Shown: positions 62,430 through 64,000 of the stretch, in pieces
Position numbering within the stretch: the first letter of the stretch is position 1
How the letters are laid out: every line of letters begins with the position of its first letter
Notes under the pieces: model-generated
The model's input: only the letters and a program-made list of their open reading frames with translations
Told to the model about the DNA's origin: nothing
Databases searched by the model: none
Made by a program: the position numbers and the translations under genes
Assembly (NCBI GenBank): GCA_010015585.1
Contig: ML975149.1
Direction: 5' to 3' (one strand)
Source: Eremomyces bilateralis CBS 781.70
Taxonomy: Eukaryota
DNA: 64,000 nt

Positions 62430-63102
62430 CTCCGCTCCTTCATCCATTCTCCTTCCTGCTATGACCCTCGTCCATGTGCATATTTAACCCAAAATTAGCT
62501 CAAAGTTATAGAAAGAAAGGATCGAGATTGTGTAATCCGTTAGCGCAATATAGTTCTGGTCAGACAGGTACCCGGTGCCAGCAACAAAGCTACAAGTGGT
62601 CCCTCCAACAGATCCAAGGAACGATCGAACGCCGCCGTATCCGACAGGGAAAAGTATTACGGATACCTGTTACACAAATTCGTCCTTCTCAACTTCAGGC
62701 GTGCGACCAAGACGACACACCCAAGAACCTCCCTCGGCGAGCGCGCACTCGTGGCTGTCGAGCAGCCGTTGTTCGCCATAATCATTTAAGAGGTACGCCC
62801 GAAATTCGCAACTTCGGAACGACCCAGACCATAGCTGCTTTGGAAAAGAGCGAAGTTGCGCCCCCATATCTCCCCGCAACGTGTTGCCTCTCCTGGTTCC
62901 CTTGCTTCTAGCGTGAGCTTTCTGAATCACAGTCGCTCTCTACCACCATTCCTTCCTTCATCCAGAGAACCAAGTTATATGCTATTATATAACTCGATCT
63001 CGTACCCTCTTTACCCCTTGTCGAATACGGTTTGCAAGGCACGATCTCAACAGACGGTCAAGAAGCCGTCTATTCACGAAATACCGTGGGAACCTATGCA
63101 AA

Positions 63103-64000
63103 ATGTCGGCCACCGAATCCGCTGCTTCGTCAGGGACCATGGCGGCTGAAAATAGCTATATCCCATGGCTCATGGCCAATGTCACCACCGGTACCGGGGG
63201 TGACTCCCTCGATCAAAATCTAAATGTCTTCTACCAATCCGGCGACATTGCCTGGGTCATGATGTCCACCGCATTGGTATTGCTGATGATCCCGGGTGTC
63301 GGTTTCTTTTATTCCGGCCTCGCTCGACGAAAGTCCGCTCTGTCTCTACTATGGCTATCCGTCATGTCGGTGGCAGTTGTCACATTCCAATGGTTTTTGT
63401 GGGGTTACAGCTTGACCTTCTCTCACCATGCGGGGAGGTTCATTGGAACGCTGCATAACGTTGGGTTCAACGACGTGTTGGGTGCACCTTCGGTGGCCAG
63501 CGACAGGGTGCCAGATCTGCTGTTTGCTGTTTATCAGGGCATGTTCGCCGCCATCACGTAAGTTTGGACCCCCCATGGCCATCTCCCATGTGTCCCGGCT
63601 GACAGACTTTCAGGGTTGCCCTCGCCATCGGCGCCGTCGCAGAGCGCGGTAAAATTTTGCCCTGCATCGTCTACATGTTCATCTGGACTACCCTAATCTA
63701 CGACCCGATTGCGTGTTGGACGTGGAACCCCTCTGGCTGGGTCTACAGAATGGGTGGTCTAGACTTCGCCGGAGGTACCCCAGTACACATTGCCTCCGGT
63801 TCCGCCGCCCTTGCCTACTCGTACATGCTCGGCAAGCGCCGCGGCCACGGAACTCAGGAGCTTAATTACCGCCCACACAACGTTACACATATCGTCATCG
63901 GAACCGTGTTCCTGTGGGTCGGCTGGTTCGGCTTCAATGCGGGTTCTGCACTCAGCGCAAGCTTGAGGGCAGTCATGGCTGCGGTTGTCACCAACTTAGC
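63103..64000 (+). CDS. Amt/Mep ammonium transporter (MeaA-like), 3' truncated by window; join(63103..63557,63614..>64000)
   Basis: GDIAWVMMSTALVLLMIPGVGFFYSGLARRKSAL, QWFLWGYSL, YQGMFAAITVALAIGAVAERG, GGLDFAGGTPVH, YRPHN, WVGWFGFNAGS. Confidence 0.96.

Noticed and set aside
1..64000. Stop-codon readthrough to cryptic PTS1, transposons, CRISPR arrays, rRNA/snRNA, biosynthetic gene cluster
   Set aside because: No TGA-CTA context at the stop codons I checked; no transposase, RT, LTR or TIR, no repeat-spacer array, and no PKS/NRPS seen by eye

Overview
Gene-dense eukaryotic DNA from a filamentous ascomycete (Pezizomycotina-type genes; short GT-AG introns with CTRAY branch points). The species cannot be determined from this window. 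It contains 19 recognisable protein-coding genes, mostly conserved housekeeping functions: TRL1 (3' end), GPN1/NPA3, an aldo-keto reductase, FAM192A/NIP30, SFT2, a MiT/TFE-Rtg3-like bHLH factor, NPR3, a ketopantoate-reductase-like enzyme, Cdc11/Nud1, a PEP-mutase/ICL-family protein, NUG1, a DUF1399/GRDP-like protein, OPI3, MED16, an Hst3/4 sirtuin, a bacterial-type PI-PLC, SAS10/UTP3, TSC10 and the 5' part of an Amt/Mep ammonium transporter. There is also a small GPI-type surface protein, an intron-containing tRNA-Arg(UCU), a possible orphan gene and a possible coding relic in a ~7 kb gene-poor stretch. Exon models were assembled by hand and checked for frame continuity. I found no transposon, CRISPR array, rRNA or secondary-metabolite cluster, and no convincing new multi-gene system. 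The best leads are regulatory or targeting-level: four long hairpin-rich SFT2 introns, a PTS1-ending PanE-like protein with a repeat tail, an ATG-free bHLH leader with a minimal uORF, a sirtuin with a splice-dependent basic tail, a dual-start AKR and a His-motif orphan ORF.
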